Numbered from the stretch's first letter, positions 31,587 to 48,115 are shown. The stretch is 64,000 nucleotides of DNA from the human T2T-CHM13v2.0 reference genome, Homo sapiens (GCF_009914755.1 NC_060936.1), one strand, 5' to 3'. Numbers and translations: made by a program. The notes: a model not told the origin generated them from the sequence alone.

Positions 31587-32496
31587 TAGTTCCAAGCACC
31601 TTCCCTGCATTTTCTCAGTTAATCCTCCCAGTGACTCTTTGAAGAAGGGACTGTGACAATCTTCATTTCACAGATGGAGCAACTGAGGCATAGAGAGGAA
31701 GTCAATGGCCACGGTCGCCCAGCTGAGGAAGGATGGAGCCGGCTGAGATCCTGTTCTGGGGACCTAACTCTGCAGCCTGCATTCTGGGCTGCTATATTCT
31801 CCCATGTTGCTATCTGACGAGCACAGCATGGGCTCAGAGTACAGACAGGAGGCACCAGCTAATAAGGATGGGTCTGGGGTGAAGGCTGGTGCCTTGGGGA
31901 AGAAGAGAGAGGTCCCATTCTTAAGGGATAGCATTGGAAGTTCATAGTGATAAAGCAAAGCCAACAGGTTTTGGGGCTGGGAGTTAAACACACAGCTCTG
32001 GTTTCTGCCTTTTCACAGTGGTGATGAATGGGCACTGAGACCCTCTCAAGCTAAAGTTGTCATCATTGCTCTTCATAGTCTGAAGGTGCATGAAATGGTC
32101 AACTTTCTTCCAAAGGGCTTTTATGCCTAAGTCTGCGGTTAGTGTATAAACAGATATTTACTGAAGTCCTGCTGGGTGCAGACATGGTGGCCAGCCCTGA
32201 GGCTACAGTCGAGATGAAGCCAGTCTCTGTCCTCATGAAGACCTGTCTATTGATAAGAAAAGAGAAAGCTCACTGAGCATTGACCCTGTGCCCACTGCTT
32301 TTGATGCATCTCTCATTTAATCCTTCTATCAAATCTGTGAAATAAACACATCACCATCATCCCTATTTCACATTTAGGGAAACATATGCTTAGAGAGGGT
32401 AAGTAACTTGGTCAAGGTCACACAGCTTCGAACTCTCATCCCACAGGCACAGGAATGAGAGGTAGCAGCTGGGGAAGCCAGGGTCTCTGGCAGTCC

Positions 32497-32644
32497 TTGT
32501 CTCTGGGCGGTGATCCAGAGAGAGAGAGAACACGATTTTCTCAGCACTGGTTCTTCTTCTGAGTCGTCTTGAAGGAGCAATTGCAGAGCGTCTCGGTGTT
32601 AAACATCATGTTGTGAATGACTCCGTGATGTCTGACCCAGTGTC
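32497..32644 (-). pseudogene. ENPP7P: ENPP7-like exon 2 homologue
   Basis: ccccaag|GA CAC TGG GTC AGA CAT CAC GGA GTC ATT CAC AAC ATG...: (G)HWVRHHGVIHNMMFNTET...QC*ENRVL..WITAQRQ, matching ENPP7 GKYIENHGVVHNMYYN...WWDNGSVPIWITAQRQ; +2 nt in a CT repeat; donor reads gg. Confidence 0.85.
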
Positions 32645-32741
32645 CTTGGGGATAAAGGAGGGGAGGTATGGAGAAGCTCTTTGAATGGATGTTACTGGGG
32701 TGTCAGTGTTCTTTGAGGGCACAGGCTATGTGTCACCAAAT

Positions 32742-33771
32742 CGAAGGAGTGGCCTGCCCCTCCACACTTGTGGGTATTTCTAGTCGGGTGGGATGAGAGA
32801 CAGAGAAAAGAAATAAGACACAGAGACAAAGTATAGAGAAACAACAGTGGGTCCAGGGGACCGGCACTCAGCACACCAAGGACCTGCACTGGCACCGGCC
32901 TCTGAGTTCCCTCAGTTTTTGTTGATCATGATTTTCATTATTTCAGCAAAAAGGAATGTAGTAGGAGAGCAGGGTGATAATAAGGAGAAGGTCAACAAAA
33001 AACATGTGAGCAAAAGAATCTATATCATAATTAAGTTCAAGGGAAGGTACTATAACTGGACGTGCACGTAGGCCAGATTTATGTTTCTCTCCACCCAAAC
33101 ATCTCAGTGGAGTAAAGAATAACAAGGCAGCACTACTGCCAACATGTCTCGTCTCCCGCCACAGGGCAGCTTTTCTCCTAGCTCAGAGTTGAACAAATGT
33201 ACAATCGGGTTTTACACTGAGACATTCAGTTCCCAGGGGCAAGCAGGAGACAGTGGCCTTCCTCCATCTCAACTGCAAGAGGCTTTCCTCTTTGACTAAT
33301 CCACCTCAGCACAGACCCTTTACGGGTGTCAGGCTGGGGGACAGTCAGGTCTTTCTCATCCCACAAGGGCATATCTCAGACTATCACATGGGGAGAAACC
33401 TTGGACAATACCCTGCTTTCAAGGGCAGAGGTCCCTTCTGCTTTCCACGTTGCATTATGCCCCTGGTTTATTGAGACTAGAGAATGACAATGACTTTTAC
33501 TGAGTATACTGCTCATAAATATTTTGTTCACAAGGCACGTCCTGCACGGCCCTAGATCCCTTAAACCTTGATTTTATACAACACATGTTTTTGTGAGCTC
33601 CAAGTTGGGTCAAAGTGGCTGGGGCAAAGTGGCTGGGGCAAAGCTACAAATGAACAACATCTAAGCAAAGCAATTGTTTAAAGTACAGGTCTTTTTCAAA
33701 ATGGAGACTCTTATGTCTTCCGTTTCTACATAGACACAGTGACAGTTTGATCTCTCTTTCTTTTCCCTACA
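32742..33771 (-). mobile_element. LTR5A (HERV-K HML-2) solo LTR
   Basis: Minus strand starts TGTAGGGAAAAGAAAGAGAGATCA; contains duplicated CTTTGCCCCAGCCA; 1030 bp; flanked by CAAAT (32737-32741, 33772-33776). Confidence 0.92.
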
Positions 33772-33986
33772 CAAATAAAGAGCCCAGTGTCTTTTCTCAT
33801 TGCTCAAGAGATTGAAGGGTTAGGAAGAAAAGATGTTAAGTTGTAAACATGTTTCAGTTTTGGTACCACTTGAACCAATTTATGTTTTGAAAAGGAAAGA
33901 GTCTTGCCTACAAAGTCAGCCCCTGGGTTTTCCTTCTGCTTATGGAATCCAAGCAATGGGCAAAGAGAAAAAGAAAACGAAGGAAT

Positions 33987-34300
33987 CAGCCAGATGCAGT
34001 GGCTCATGCTTGTAATCTTGGCACTTTGGGAGGCTGAGGCAGGTGGACTTCTTGAGTCCAGGAGTTCAAGAACAGCCTGGCCCACATAGTGAGACCCCGT
34101 TTCTACAAAATATACAAAAACTTACGGAGCATGGTGGCATGCACCTGTAGTCCCAGTTACTTGGGAGGCTGAGGTGGGAGAACTACTTCAGCCCAGGAGG
34201 TTGAGGCTGCAGTGAGCCATGATTGTGCCACTATACTCTAGCCTGGCTGACAGAGTGAGGACCTGTCTCAAAAGAAAACAAAAAAGATAAGAAAAAGAAA
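33987..34300 (+). mobile_element. AluJ-like
   Basis: Diverged dimeric Alu. Confidence 0.88.
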
Positions 34301-34443
34301 ACTAGAGAATCTGGACAGAATAAGTTTATATATATAATAAAGAACTGAGATAGAACTGGGTTGACTGAATAATTATTTGAATTGCTTTTGAGTGAATTTT
34401 TCCTATTGGAGTCTACCTTTGTTTTTTTGTGTGTGTGTGCGTG

Positions 34444-34779
34444 TTTTTTTTTTTTTTTTTTTTTTTGGTTTAGTTTTGTCTTTGTGTTTTTTTGAGACTG
34501 GGCCTTGTTCTGTTGCCCAGGCTGCTGGAGTGCAGTGGCACGATCTCAGCTCACTGCAACCTCTGCCTCCTGAGTTCAAGTAATTCTTCCGCCTCAGCCT
34601 CCCCAGTATCTGGGACTACAGGCCATGTACCACCAAGCCCAGCTAATTTTTGTATTTTTAGTAGAGATGGGGTTTCACCATGTTGGCCAGACCTGGTCTT
34701 GAACTCCTGGGCTCAAGTGATCCACCTGCCTCAGCCCCACAAAGTGCTGGGATTACAGATGTGAGCCCCTGTGCCCAGC
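34444..34779 (-). mobile_element. Alu
   Basis: Poly-T plus antisense Alu. Confidence 0.88.
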
Positions 34780-35303
34780 TAGAGTCTACCATTCTTTGAA
34801 TTCACTGCAGTGCAAAGACTGGGACATGTGGAACTCCAGGTGTATATCGGTTATGTAGAGATGCTAGGGGCTGATTAAGGAAGGAAAGATGAGAAGCCTG
34901 CAGAGCATGCTTCCCCAGACTGTATGGGCCCTGGGAAAGGAGAAGTGGACAGAAAGGGAACACGAGGTGCCCTGAAGAGAAGATTCATCCAAGTCATCAG
35001 GGAAGTTACTAATGCAAGGGAAAAAATGCAGAGACAGGGCCAGCCACGCTTATTCCAAGTCCTTTCTGTCTGCTCAGTCACCTCTATGCTTATTTTTCTT
35101 CTTTCCTCTAAGTGGTATCATGCGTTTTCTTCCAATTCCTAGTCACTCCTAGTCATCTAACTCCTCTGTTTACCATCTTTTCATCAGAACTTGAAACCTC
35201 CTCTCCTTCATGTATTAGTGATCATGTTTCTCCATAATACTGCTAGAAATAAGAATTGAAACCTGGAAAACCTGCATTTGAGAACCAGATCTGCCTCTGC
35301 TAG

Positions 35304-35459
<156 letters not shown>

Positions 35460-35613
35460 TGAGACTACAGGTGTGTGCCACCACAGCTCGCTAATTTTTA
35501 ATGTTTATTTTTTTTTGTTTACTTTTTTTTTGTAGAGATGGGGTCTTGCTATGTTGTGCAGGCTGGTCTCACACTCATGGGCTCAAGTGATCCTCCTGCC
35601 TTGGCCTCTCCGA

Positions 35614-36633
35614 TGAAATGGGAAAAGTTCCATTGTACCCCTTGAAGGGTATGCGATGCGGGTGTGGTTTGCTTCTTCAGTGCCCCACTGCTCAAACCTC
35701 TAGGGGAGCATGCAGACAGGCAGGGAGCCCCATGGCAGTGTCCAGGGGTGAATGTTTATAGTTGAAGCTCCAGTGGGTGTGTGTTACAGGGTGCTCTTTT
35801 AGTTTAGCCATCTGTAGGTAGCTTGTGTTAGTCAGCTCAATTAGACCCCCGCCTTATTGCAAGGACAGAGGGCTCTCTTTGTCCCGGGGTTCTTGTCTTG
35901 GTGTACCGGAAGTGGTGCGATCTCAGCTCACTGCAAGCTCCGACTCCTGGGTTCACGCCATTCTCCTGCCTCAGCCTCCCGAGTAGCTGGGACTACAGGT
36001 GCCCGCCACCACGCCCGGCTAATTTTTTTGTATTTTTAGTAGAGACGGGGTTTCACTCTGTTAGCCAGGATGGTCTGGATCTCCTGACCTCATGATCTGC
36101 CCGCCTCGGCCTCCCAGAGTGCTGGGATTACAGGCTTGAGAGTGCAAGGTTTTATTGAGTGGAAGTATCTCTCAGCAGATGGGGGAGCCAGAAGGGAGAT
36201 GGTTTACCCCTGGAGTCGGGTGAGTGGCCTGACTCTTCTCCGACTGTCCCAGCCAAACTCTGGGTTGTTCCGCAGTCAGTGGCCTACGGTGTGCCGGTGC
36301 CCATTGGTGCGTTCCTCTTGACGTCCAGCACCCTTGTGTTCCTCCGCTGATGTGCTCCTCTCAAAGTCCAACTGCCTGTGTGTCTGTCTGCTAGGGTCTC
36401 AGGGTTTTCATAGGCACAGAATGGGGGTGTGGCAGCCAGGGTGGTCTTGGGAAATGCAACATTTGGGCAGGAAAACAAAAATGCCTGTCCTCACCTAGGT
36501 CCGTGGGAACAGGCCCTGGGGTGGAGCCCTAGCCAGGGACCACACCCTCCTCTACCCAGTACTTCCCTTCCTCACTTCCATATCATTTAAAGGGACCACA
36601 TTCTTCCCTTCTGAGCCCTTCCCTTCTGTATCA
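35614..36633 (-). mobile_element. MER50-like ERV1 solo LTR inserted in an AluJ, containing an AluY fragment
   Basis: Minus strand starts TGATACAGAAGGGAAGGG...GGTCCCTTTAAATGATA and ends CCCATTTCA; the Alu sequence resumes (caaagtgctggg) right after 36633. Confidence 0.75.
35911..36140 (-). mobile_element. Internal AluY fragment, no tail or TSD
   Basis: AluY diagnostics actgcaagctcc, ttcacgccattctcc, gttagccaggatggtct. Confidence 0.85.
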
Positions 36634-36855
36634 CAAAGTGCTGGGATTATAGGCATGAGCCACTGGTCCCAGCCAATTCCATTCTTTTAATGCAAACTAG
36701 AAAATGGGTGTTCAGAAAGGCCTGCCCTATCCATCTCAGGGAGTTGCTATGAAGATCAAATTAGATCATGTGCAACAGAAGTTTAGAAAAGATTCCAAAA
36801 GCACTGTGCAATGGGAATGTATTTTTAAACTCCACTGAGTGGACTTAAAACTATG

Positions 36856-37160
<305 letters not shown>

Positions 37161-37356
37161 CTTGAGCCACCGCACCCAACCTGTGTTTCTTTTGTAAGCA
37201 AGAAAACAAATGCCTCTCCCCAGCGCTCACTAAACAAATCCCTCTGTTTGTTTTTTTTTTTTCCATAGGATTCTTATCCTTCTTGCCCCACTGCAAACAA
37301 TCTATTCTCTTTTGGCCCTTCCGTCCATCTGTGAAAGGGTCAGGCTTTCTGGCTAA

Positions 37357-37689
<333 letters not shown>

Positions 37690-37739
37690 GACTCATCCAA
37701 GACAGTGCTTGTTAATGCCTGAGATGCATCCAGGAGCAC

Positions 37740-38455
37740 ATGAGCTGGCTGTGACTGTTCTAACAAAGTTCCCCAAATGGGTGGCTCAGGACAACAGAAA
37801 GTCATTCTCTCCAGTTCCAGAAGCTTGATGTCTGAAACGGGCAGGGCAGTGCTCCCTCTGAAGGCTCTAGGGATGAATCCTTCCTTGCCTCTTCTGGCTT
37901 CTGATGGTTGCTGGCATTCCTTGGCTTGTGGCCACATCATTCCATTCTCTTCCTTCATTCTCATGTGGCCTTCTCCCCTGTGTGTCTCTGTCTCTTCTTC
38001 TCTTCCCATGAGGATGCCATTATTACTCGATTTAAGGTCCACGCTATTCCAATATGACCTCTTTGTAATTAGATCTGCAGAGACCCTATTTTCTTTTCTT
38101 TTTTTTGAGATGGAGTCTTGCTCTGTTGCCCAGGCTGGATTTCAGTGAAACAATCTCAGCTCGCTGCAACTCTGCCTCTGGGTTCAAGTGATTCTTCAGC
38201 CTCAGCCTCTGAAGTAGCTGGGATTACAGGTGCATGCCACCATGCCTAGCTAATTTTTCTGTTTTTAGTAGAGACGGTTTTGCCATGCTAGCCAGGCTGG
38301 TCTCGAACTCCTCACCTCAAGTGATCCTCCTGCCTCAGCCTCCCAAAGTGCTAAGATTACAAGCATGAGCCACCATGCCCTGCCCCTATTTCCTAATAAG
38401 GTCACATTCTGGGATTCCTGGTGAATGTGAATTTTTGGAGGACAGTATTCAGTCT
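37740..38455 (-). mobile_element. MLT1 LTR split by an Alu
   Basis: ctccctctgaaggctctagggatgaatccttccttgcctcttc...gaccctatt...cctaataaggtcacattctg. Confidence 0.7.
38088..38385 (-). mobile_element. AluS inside MLT1
   Basis: TSD CCCTATTT. Confidence 0.88.
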
Positions 38456-39070
38456 AGCAAAAGGCAGAACATCCTCATTTTGTTCCCTACCTCAGAAATA
38501 AAGAAGTTAACTTCGACCCCTCTGAGAGAGAGAGGCTTCCCAAGCTTCCAACAATCAATTATCCAAATATTAGTCACAGAAGAGCACTAAGGGTTGTGCA
38601 CAGCACGTGGCCAGCCCGTTCTCAGAGTCCGTCAAGTTTAAGGTGAACGCTAATCCTGAATGAGTTTTAAAATGTATTTGGCATATCCTGGTCATTGTAA
38701 AATGTTCTCACATTGTGGTGGCTGGGGCTTCCCTCTCAGGTGTAATCTGTGAAGTCAGATGTGACACAGCCTGGGTGAGGTGGGCCAAGCTGGGAACTGG
38801 GTTAGGAGGGAAGCTGGGGAATGGTCTCCAAGGTCTCAGATCCCAAACTGGCTTTAGCCTGATTCACCCAGAGGGATCTCATAAAAAATGCACATTCCGG
38901 GGCCCACCCCAGACCTAATGAATCAGAATTACCTGGGAAGGAGCCTGGGGTGCTCTGTTTTCAGAAGCAGCCCAGCCGAATCCTACGGTCAGACAGGTCT
39001 AGGAAACCGAGCTCACTCTAGCGCAGTAGTTCCCAAACTCGTCTGTGCTTCAAAAAATACAGATGCTGAT

Positions 39071-39493
<423 letters not shown>

Positions 39494-40230
39494 TTAAGGC
39501 ACACTTGAATGGGGGAGAAGTGAGGTGGCGCGGGCTAGCCGGCCAGAACCCAGGGGTGGGGCAGTAGGAACCAGCATTGGAGAGGCCATGAAGGCTGGGA
39601 AGCATAGTGTCTGGGGCCCATAAAAATGCTTCGGCATGAATGCTTTAGACCTAAGACAATTGGCTCCTAAATGTGAAAACTGCAAGGTTGAAATGAATGC
39701 ATGTTTAATGCTTTGCAACATTGTCAAGTGGTCAGCTGCAACGCCGTTCTGAGGGCGTGATGCCTGAGATATGCCTGTCATGGGGGTTGATTTTAGTGAA
39801 TTTAATATGGTGTGGAGTGGGGCCTTCAAGAGTAAAGATGTCAGTTCTAAGTTGGTTGCAGGGGTCTGGGCAAAGGTCTTAAAACCCCATGGTGAGCAGA
39901 TGGCCAATCCTGAACACCCCAATTTTAAAACAGGACCTTTTTTCCAAGAGACTTTTTGAAAATAGCTCCGATTTTGAGGGGAGGAACCCTGGCAGGAGAG
40001 AGCCAGAATTAAGCCCAGCTGAGAGGGCGTTGGCAGGCAGGGGCCCGCCTGGTCCTCACTGAAGCTTGCTACTCAGGGTGAGCTTCCTAAACCAATGCAG
40101 ATTTGCCGGCCCACTGAGCCTCGCGATGAGAACCTGCATTTCAACAAGGTCCTCGGTGCAGCAAAGTTTGAGATATACTGGGCTAGAACACCCAGGGGAC
40201 ACAAAGGTTCCCTGAAAACTAAGGAAAATA

Positions 40231-40866
<636 letters not shown>

Positions 40867-41059
40867 ATTAATACTGGGCTAGAAGACCCAGGAGACCCGA
40901 AGATTCTCTCAAAACTAAGGAAAATAATCTAGGTCACAAATATATTCTCTTCCTCCTTCTCCCCATTGCCCCCCTCCACCAGTAATCTTTATAGACTCAA
41001 ATCGAGTTGATGTTCTATAATCAATTCTAGTCACTTTTATTTATATTTATTTATTTTAG

Positions 41060-41203
<144 letters not shown>

Positions 41204-41731
41204 TAATCTAATGCCTGTGAGACCACAGATTCTTTTTATGCACTCAATACATTTTCCTGTTTACCTTACATTTGTATTATGGAAAAATTCTGTTTTTTCC
41301 ACTTGTTTCTATTTGATAATGAAGCCCTCTGTGCTTATCACCAGCCTCTGCCGCCATCATCTCATTACCAATCTGGGTTATTTTGAAGCAAATATCTTCT
41401 AATATTTAGTCGGTGTTCAAATTTCCCTAACCATCCTAAATGGATGTTTAGAATAGTTGTTTCATTGGAAACAAGGTCAAAACAAATACATTTTACATTT
41501 TTAGGCCAGTCTTGAAAGTAAGTGTAAAACCATGTGTGGGGTAGGAGGTGGGACTAGTCTCTCAAGGTGGGGCCTGGATACCAGAACCAATTGAGGACTA
41601 GCTAAGACAGATTCCACAATGAATAACACCAGGAGGTGGGAATATTAAGGTCCATTGTGAAGGATGGCTGCCACAAATTTTTGATCAACTAGTTATCAAC
41701 CCTGACTGCAGCTGAGAGAGATTTGTTTTTG

Positions 41732-41763
<32 letters not shown>

Positions 41764-42717
41764 CAGAGACAGGGTCTTGCTCTGTTGCCCAGGCTGGACT
41801 CAAACTCCCGGGCTCAAGTGATTCTTCTGCCTCAGCCTCCTGAGTAGCTGAGACTACAGGTGTGTGCCACTGTGCCCAGCAAGATTTTAAAAAATACGTT
41901 TGCCCGGACACCACTCTAAACCAACTAAATCAGAATCAGATATAGTGAAGTCATTAATCATTTTGCTCCTGGGTCTTTATGATAGTTTTGCTCCTGGTAA
42001 ACTCCTGGGAATGTGGTAGAGAGAGAGAAAGAGTTGGGAAAATAAGATTTTAAAAGTGTTGCTATGCATTTTGAAAATAATTTTTCTTTGGTGTTTGTCT
42101 TGAGGATCGGCGGTAAACATTTCGATTGCCTTTCAGTATGCTTGCATGCTGGAATGATGGTTCTTTGAATGTAGCATCGAACTGGCATTGGGCCACATGG
42201 CAGCCAGCGTGAGGCTTTATGCCACATTTATTAAACATGAATGTCATGAGCCCACTCTCAGGGACCTTACAATTTGGAGGGTTAGGTCAGATCCACAAAT
42301 CTCTTCCATCTCATGGTAAAGGAAACCTGGCGCGTAGCAGGAGATGGCGTGATAACCATAACATATTGCATGATCAATATTTGTATCTTCTTAGCAATAT
42401 TAAACTTTTTGACCCCCGCCATTGTGTCATCAATTTGCTTAATACAGTTTCTGCCTCAGCATCGGTTTTTAGGCCTGGCATAAGCTGTTTGAAACCCAGG
42501 CACTTACCCCACCCATCATCTTTGGCCTAGTTAACACCTCCCCTCCCTGAGTGGTGGTTTGGAGAACCTGCTTGTTCCTCATCCCACTGATCCCAAACCC
42601 AGGACACCCCACAGCTGCTGACCAGGATTAAACCTAATGGAGATTTAATGCCGTTAAATCAGAAGAAATTCTGATTCTCAGGGACTGACATTCATTCACT
42701 TAAATACTTGCAGAGTC

Positions 42718-43031
<314 letters not shown>

Positions 43032-43515
43032 TTAGGAAACCATGAAGTCCACAGTTTGATCCAATGCCTTCCTTTTTCTCTTTCTCAAATATTTTGAGCC
43101 AGGTACTATCCTAGATTGTCTTGTGATATTTACAATCTAGGAGAAGGCAGGAGAGAGAACTAAGAACAGAGAGCATGTTCTGAGATGTCTGCTGTGTTTG
43201 CAGGTACCTTCCCTCAATTTCCCTACTCACTGGCCATGCTGGAAAGCAGGTCTTGGAGCCATATTTGTACCATGGTACTTCCCCTCCCTATACTCAATTG
43301 GTTGGCCAGAAGCCCAATTGTCATTCTCTCTCTCTCTCTCTCCCTCTCCCTCCCTCCCTCCCTCCCTCTCCAAGATATCCAGTAACTGACTGATCAGCTG
43401 GCAGTGGGCTCTGCTGGCTGCCATGATGGGCCACCAGCAAAAAGGGAAAATTGGTTGTGAGTGAGAAGAAGAGATAAGAAAGTCCACAGGGCTCATAAGA
43501 AAGACCATGGGCTTC

Positions 43516-43806
43516 TGGGCACGGTGGTTCACGCCTGTAATCCCAGCACTTTGGGAGGCCAGGATGGTCGGATCACGAGGTCAGGAGATCGAGACCATCC
43601 TGGCTCACACGGTGAAACCCCATCTCTACTAAAAATACAAAAATTAGCTGAGTGTGGTGGCGGGTGCCTGTAGCCCCAGCTAATTGGGAGGCTGAGGCAG
43701 GAGAATGGCGTGAACCCCAGGAGGTGGAGCTTGCAGTGAACTGAGATCACACCACTGCACTCCAGCCTGGGCGACAGAGGGAGACTACGTCTCAAAAAAA
43801 AAAAAG
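43516..43806 (+). mobile_element. AluY
   Basis: TSD AGACCATGGGCTTCTG; AluY diagnostics. Confidence 0.9.
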
Positions 43807-44349
43807 AGACCATGGGCTTCTGAGAGCAAGAAAGAGGAATTTTGGTTTCTGTAACTGCAGTATCCATTCTCTCATGGCCGCTCATTTGTTTCTTGTGCCC
43901 ATGAGTTTGCCTGTTAGAGATAAGGTGTGCTCCTTGTCCTCAAGCTCATGCAAATGGGTTTCTGTTTCTTACAATCATTGTTCCCAGATATGGATGGTGA
44001 CTGATGCTCTACTAAATGCTGAAAAAAAGCAGAGTGGAAGCACAGAAAAGTGGGCTTCTCTGAGGAGGTGACGTTAGAGCCCAGTTGGAAGGCAGGAATA
44101 AATGTGCACCATGACTTTTTAGGATTAAAACCAAGTACCTCACAGCTTGGGCACATGTAGATAGAGGTGATTTAACAGTAAAGTGTCCCAGTTGTACCCA
44201 TTGTCAGTTACCTCACCACAGGGTTTATGTAGCCCTGAGTTTGCTTAGTGCTTATTTATTTTAGGTTGTTGTTTATCCAAACCTCTTAAATGATATGTGT
44301 TTGGAACAAGTAACAGCATCGTTCATTGATGTTGTGGACAAACCACTAT

Positions 44350-44480
44350 TTTATTACTCAAGACTGAGTAATTTATAAAGAAAAAGAGGTTTAATGGGCT
44401 CACAGTTCCATGTGGCTGAAGAAGTCTCGAAATCATGGTGGAAGGCAAAAGGAATGTCTTACATGGTGGCAGACAAGAGT
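44350..44480 (-). mobile_element. THE1/MST MaLR LTR fragment
   Basis: gactgagtaatttataaagaaaagaggtttaatgggctcacagttcc...atcatggtggaaggcaaa. Confidence 0.65.
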
Positions 44481-44586
44481 GATGAGAGCTATTTTGGTCA
44501 TTGTTCGCTGGCCATAGAATTTACTTCTATATTTTGAACTAAGATGAGAGCCAGGCACACAAGACGGTTACAGGTCTGTCTTTTGT

Positions 44587-44590
<4 letters not shown>

Positions 44591-44628
<38 letters not shown>
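44591..44628. repeat. (GAT)12 microsatellite
   Basis: Perfect trinucleotide run. Confidence 0.95.
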
Positions 44629-44629
<1 letters not shown>

Positions 44630-44919
44630 ATGGTTGACATGGGTGATGACTTGCTTTTTCTCATCATCTCAGACCTAGATTTTTGGCTGGACTATTGGCT
44701 TGGGATAGATGAAAATCATTCCTTGTATCCCCTGATCTTAAAGTCAAGACTGAACCAGCCTCCAGACTCAAGCCTTCATGGGACTTCAGATACCATGAGG
44801 AATGGGTGTCCCTGCAATATTGTCATGGCTGTCAAAAGTGTTATTGGAGCTGGGCAAGTGGGCGCTCTCCTGTCATTCCATCCTGCCTAGATTTCCCATT
44901 CAACACCAATCTTATTTCC

Positions 44920-45232
<313 letters not shown>

Positions 45233-46571
45233 CCATTTCCTCTTATACCATAAGTCATTGCCTGCAGATGTGTTTTCTCCATTAGTTTGCAAAAGCTTCC
45301 TGAGAGTAGGTCTGTGCCTCATTTATTCTGGAATCTTCCTGGCACAAAGCACAGGGCTTTATCTTCAGTAGGCATCCAACAAATGTTTAATTTCATTCAA
45401 CAGCTCCTCTTACCACTGCCTCCACCTTATTTGCAGGTGGTTAAGTACAATCGGAGCAAGGAGGTATCATAAGATTTAGTTCAGAGTCAATTTGAGAAGA
45501 AATTACTTTAGTGATATGAAAATAAAACCTGCTATTTAGTCAGAATAGTTCTGAGAGTATCCCCTGTCCAAGCATTTGCTGAATTTCTATGTACAAATTT
45601 TCAGGTGGAACAGTATGGTTGTAGAGAGTCCATTTGGACATAGATACACTTTCATGCATTCATGTCTTTAACAATAATTTGTGGCCCTACTGTGTTTGTT
45701 CACTAACTCCTTTGAACCTACCACATAAGCTATATCTGTATTTTCATTGTAATTTGGGAGGTCCAATGCTTCATTAAGCTCACATGCCTGAAACTAATGA
45801 AGAAAATAGCTCGTTAACCAGCTAGTATAAAAGTAGCCACCAAATCAAGTCAATCACCTGCCTTAAATCAGCCCAGTACTCCCATCTTGAGCGGAGAAGC
45901 CCATTCTGAATCACAGTCAAGACATTGATGGAAAAACAGCTCCCTCTGGGGATCAAAACCACGCTCACTCCAAATCCTCCTCCCCAGATTTCTACTCATT
46001 GCTCATCCACTGAACCCAGAACAAACCAGAAGTGCTTGAAATGAGGACGGGTAGCTCCGTGTACCAATCGGAATTTAAAACTCTATCAATTCCTGCTATA
46101 GAAATGAGGCTTCTCCCTGGGACCAGCATTCCACGAAGGCAGCCCTTTTCTAGATGGAGAAAACAGAACCTGAAGACACCCGTTTCCCTAAACTGCTCTT
46201 GCTCATGTGTAAGTACAAATGAAAAATGCTGAGGCTGCTTCTGTTGCCATTGCTTTTTAATTACGGCCATCAATAAATCATTTCATCCTTGAACAAGACT
46301 TGAGAATGACCCGAAGGCAGAGGCACAATTCCTTAGGAATTAGGCCAACAGAGAATGGGCTATCTCTCTTCCCACCCCTTCTCTTACTCTGCTGTCAGAA
46401 ACAGAAACGTTCTCTGTGAGTAGCTGGGAGTAGACGGCCACACTTGAGATCTGTCTGGGGGTTCGGTTAACACAGTTTTACCCCAGCCTGCCTTGATGGC
46501 CACTGCCACACAAGCTGCATCTGTTCTTTCTTCTGTGCCTTTTTTTACTTCGTTGTTTTTCCTCTTTCTAG

Positions 46572-46760
46572 TGTAGTGAGCTGAAAGGTGGCTTTGCACA
46601 AGATATATCCAGATCCTTGTGCCTAGAATCTGTGGAGGTGGCATTATTTGGAAAAAGGGTCTTTGCAGATGTAATTAAGTTAAGGATCTTGAGATTCTCC
46701 TGGAGTAATTTAGGTCGGCTATACATCTAAAGACAAATGTCCTTATAAGAGGACACTTTT
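46572..46760 (+). mobile_element. MLT1 (MaLR) LTR, 5' part
   Basis: ggaaaaagggtctttgcagatgtaattaagttaaggatcttgagat...gtccttataagagg; continues after HERV-H. Confidence 0.75.
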
Positions 46761-47469
<709 letters not shown>

Positions 47470-48109
47470 TTCCTGTCTTCTTATATTAATAAGAAAAATA
47501 AAATGAAATAGTGGTGAAGTATTGGGATGGTGAAAATTTTTGGGGGGTGGTATGGAGAGATAATGGGTGATGTTTCTCAGGGCTGCTTCGAGCGGGATTG
47601 GGGTGGCATGGGAACCTAGAGTAGGAGAGATTAAGCTGAAAGAAGATTTTGTGGTAAGGGGTGATATTGTGGGGTTGTTAGAAGAAACATTTGTCATTCA
47701 GAATTATTGGTGATGGCCTGGATATAGTTTTGTATGAATTGAAAAACTAAACGGAATAAGAGAAGGAGAAAAACAGGTATTAAAGGACTAAGAATTGGGA
47801 GGACCTAGGACATCTAATTAGAGAGTGCCTAGGGAGGTTCAGCATAGCCTTGCCAGCAAAGATTATTTAAGAGTTAAGAGTGGTGGTTTGGGGATACCAC
47901 CAGGAGATATCAGCTGTGATGGCTTGGAGAAACAGTGTAAACTACCAGTGTAAACAAGAGCAGGGCATATATGAGTAGTTGAGAACGGTGAATCTCTTCT
48001 AGACAGAAGATAGTAGGGATGACAAGTTTTTTGGGGCACAGTCCAAGTTGGTCTTGTGTCTGGAATGAGACTGGGGCCTAATAAAAAGGAGTGTCTATAC
48101 AGGAGATCC
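47470..48109 (-). pseudogene. HERV-H integrase end, env remnant and PPT
   Basis: DLLYRHSFLLGPSLIPDT continues the IN frame across MER11; purine-rich AATATAAGAAGACAGGAA before the 3' LTR. Confidence 0.8.
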
Positions 48110-48115
48110 AATGGG

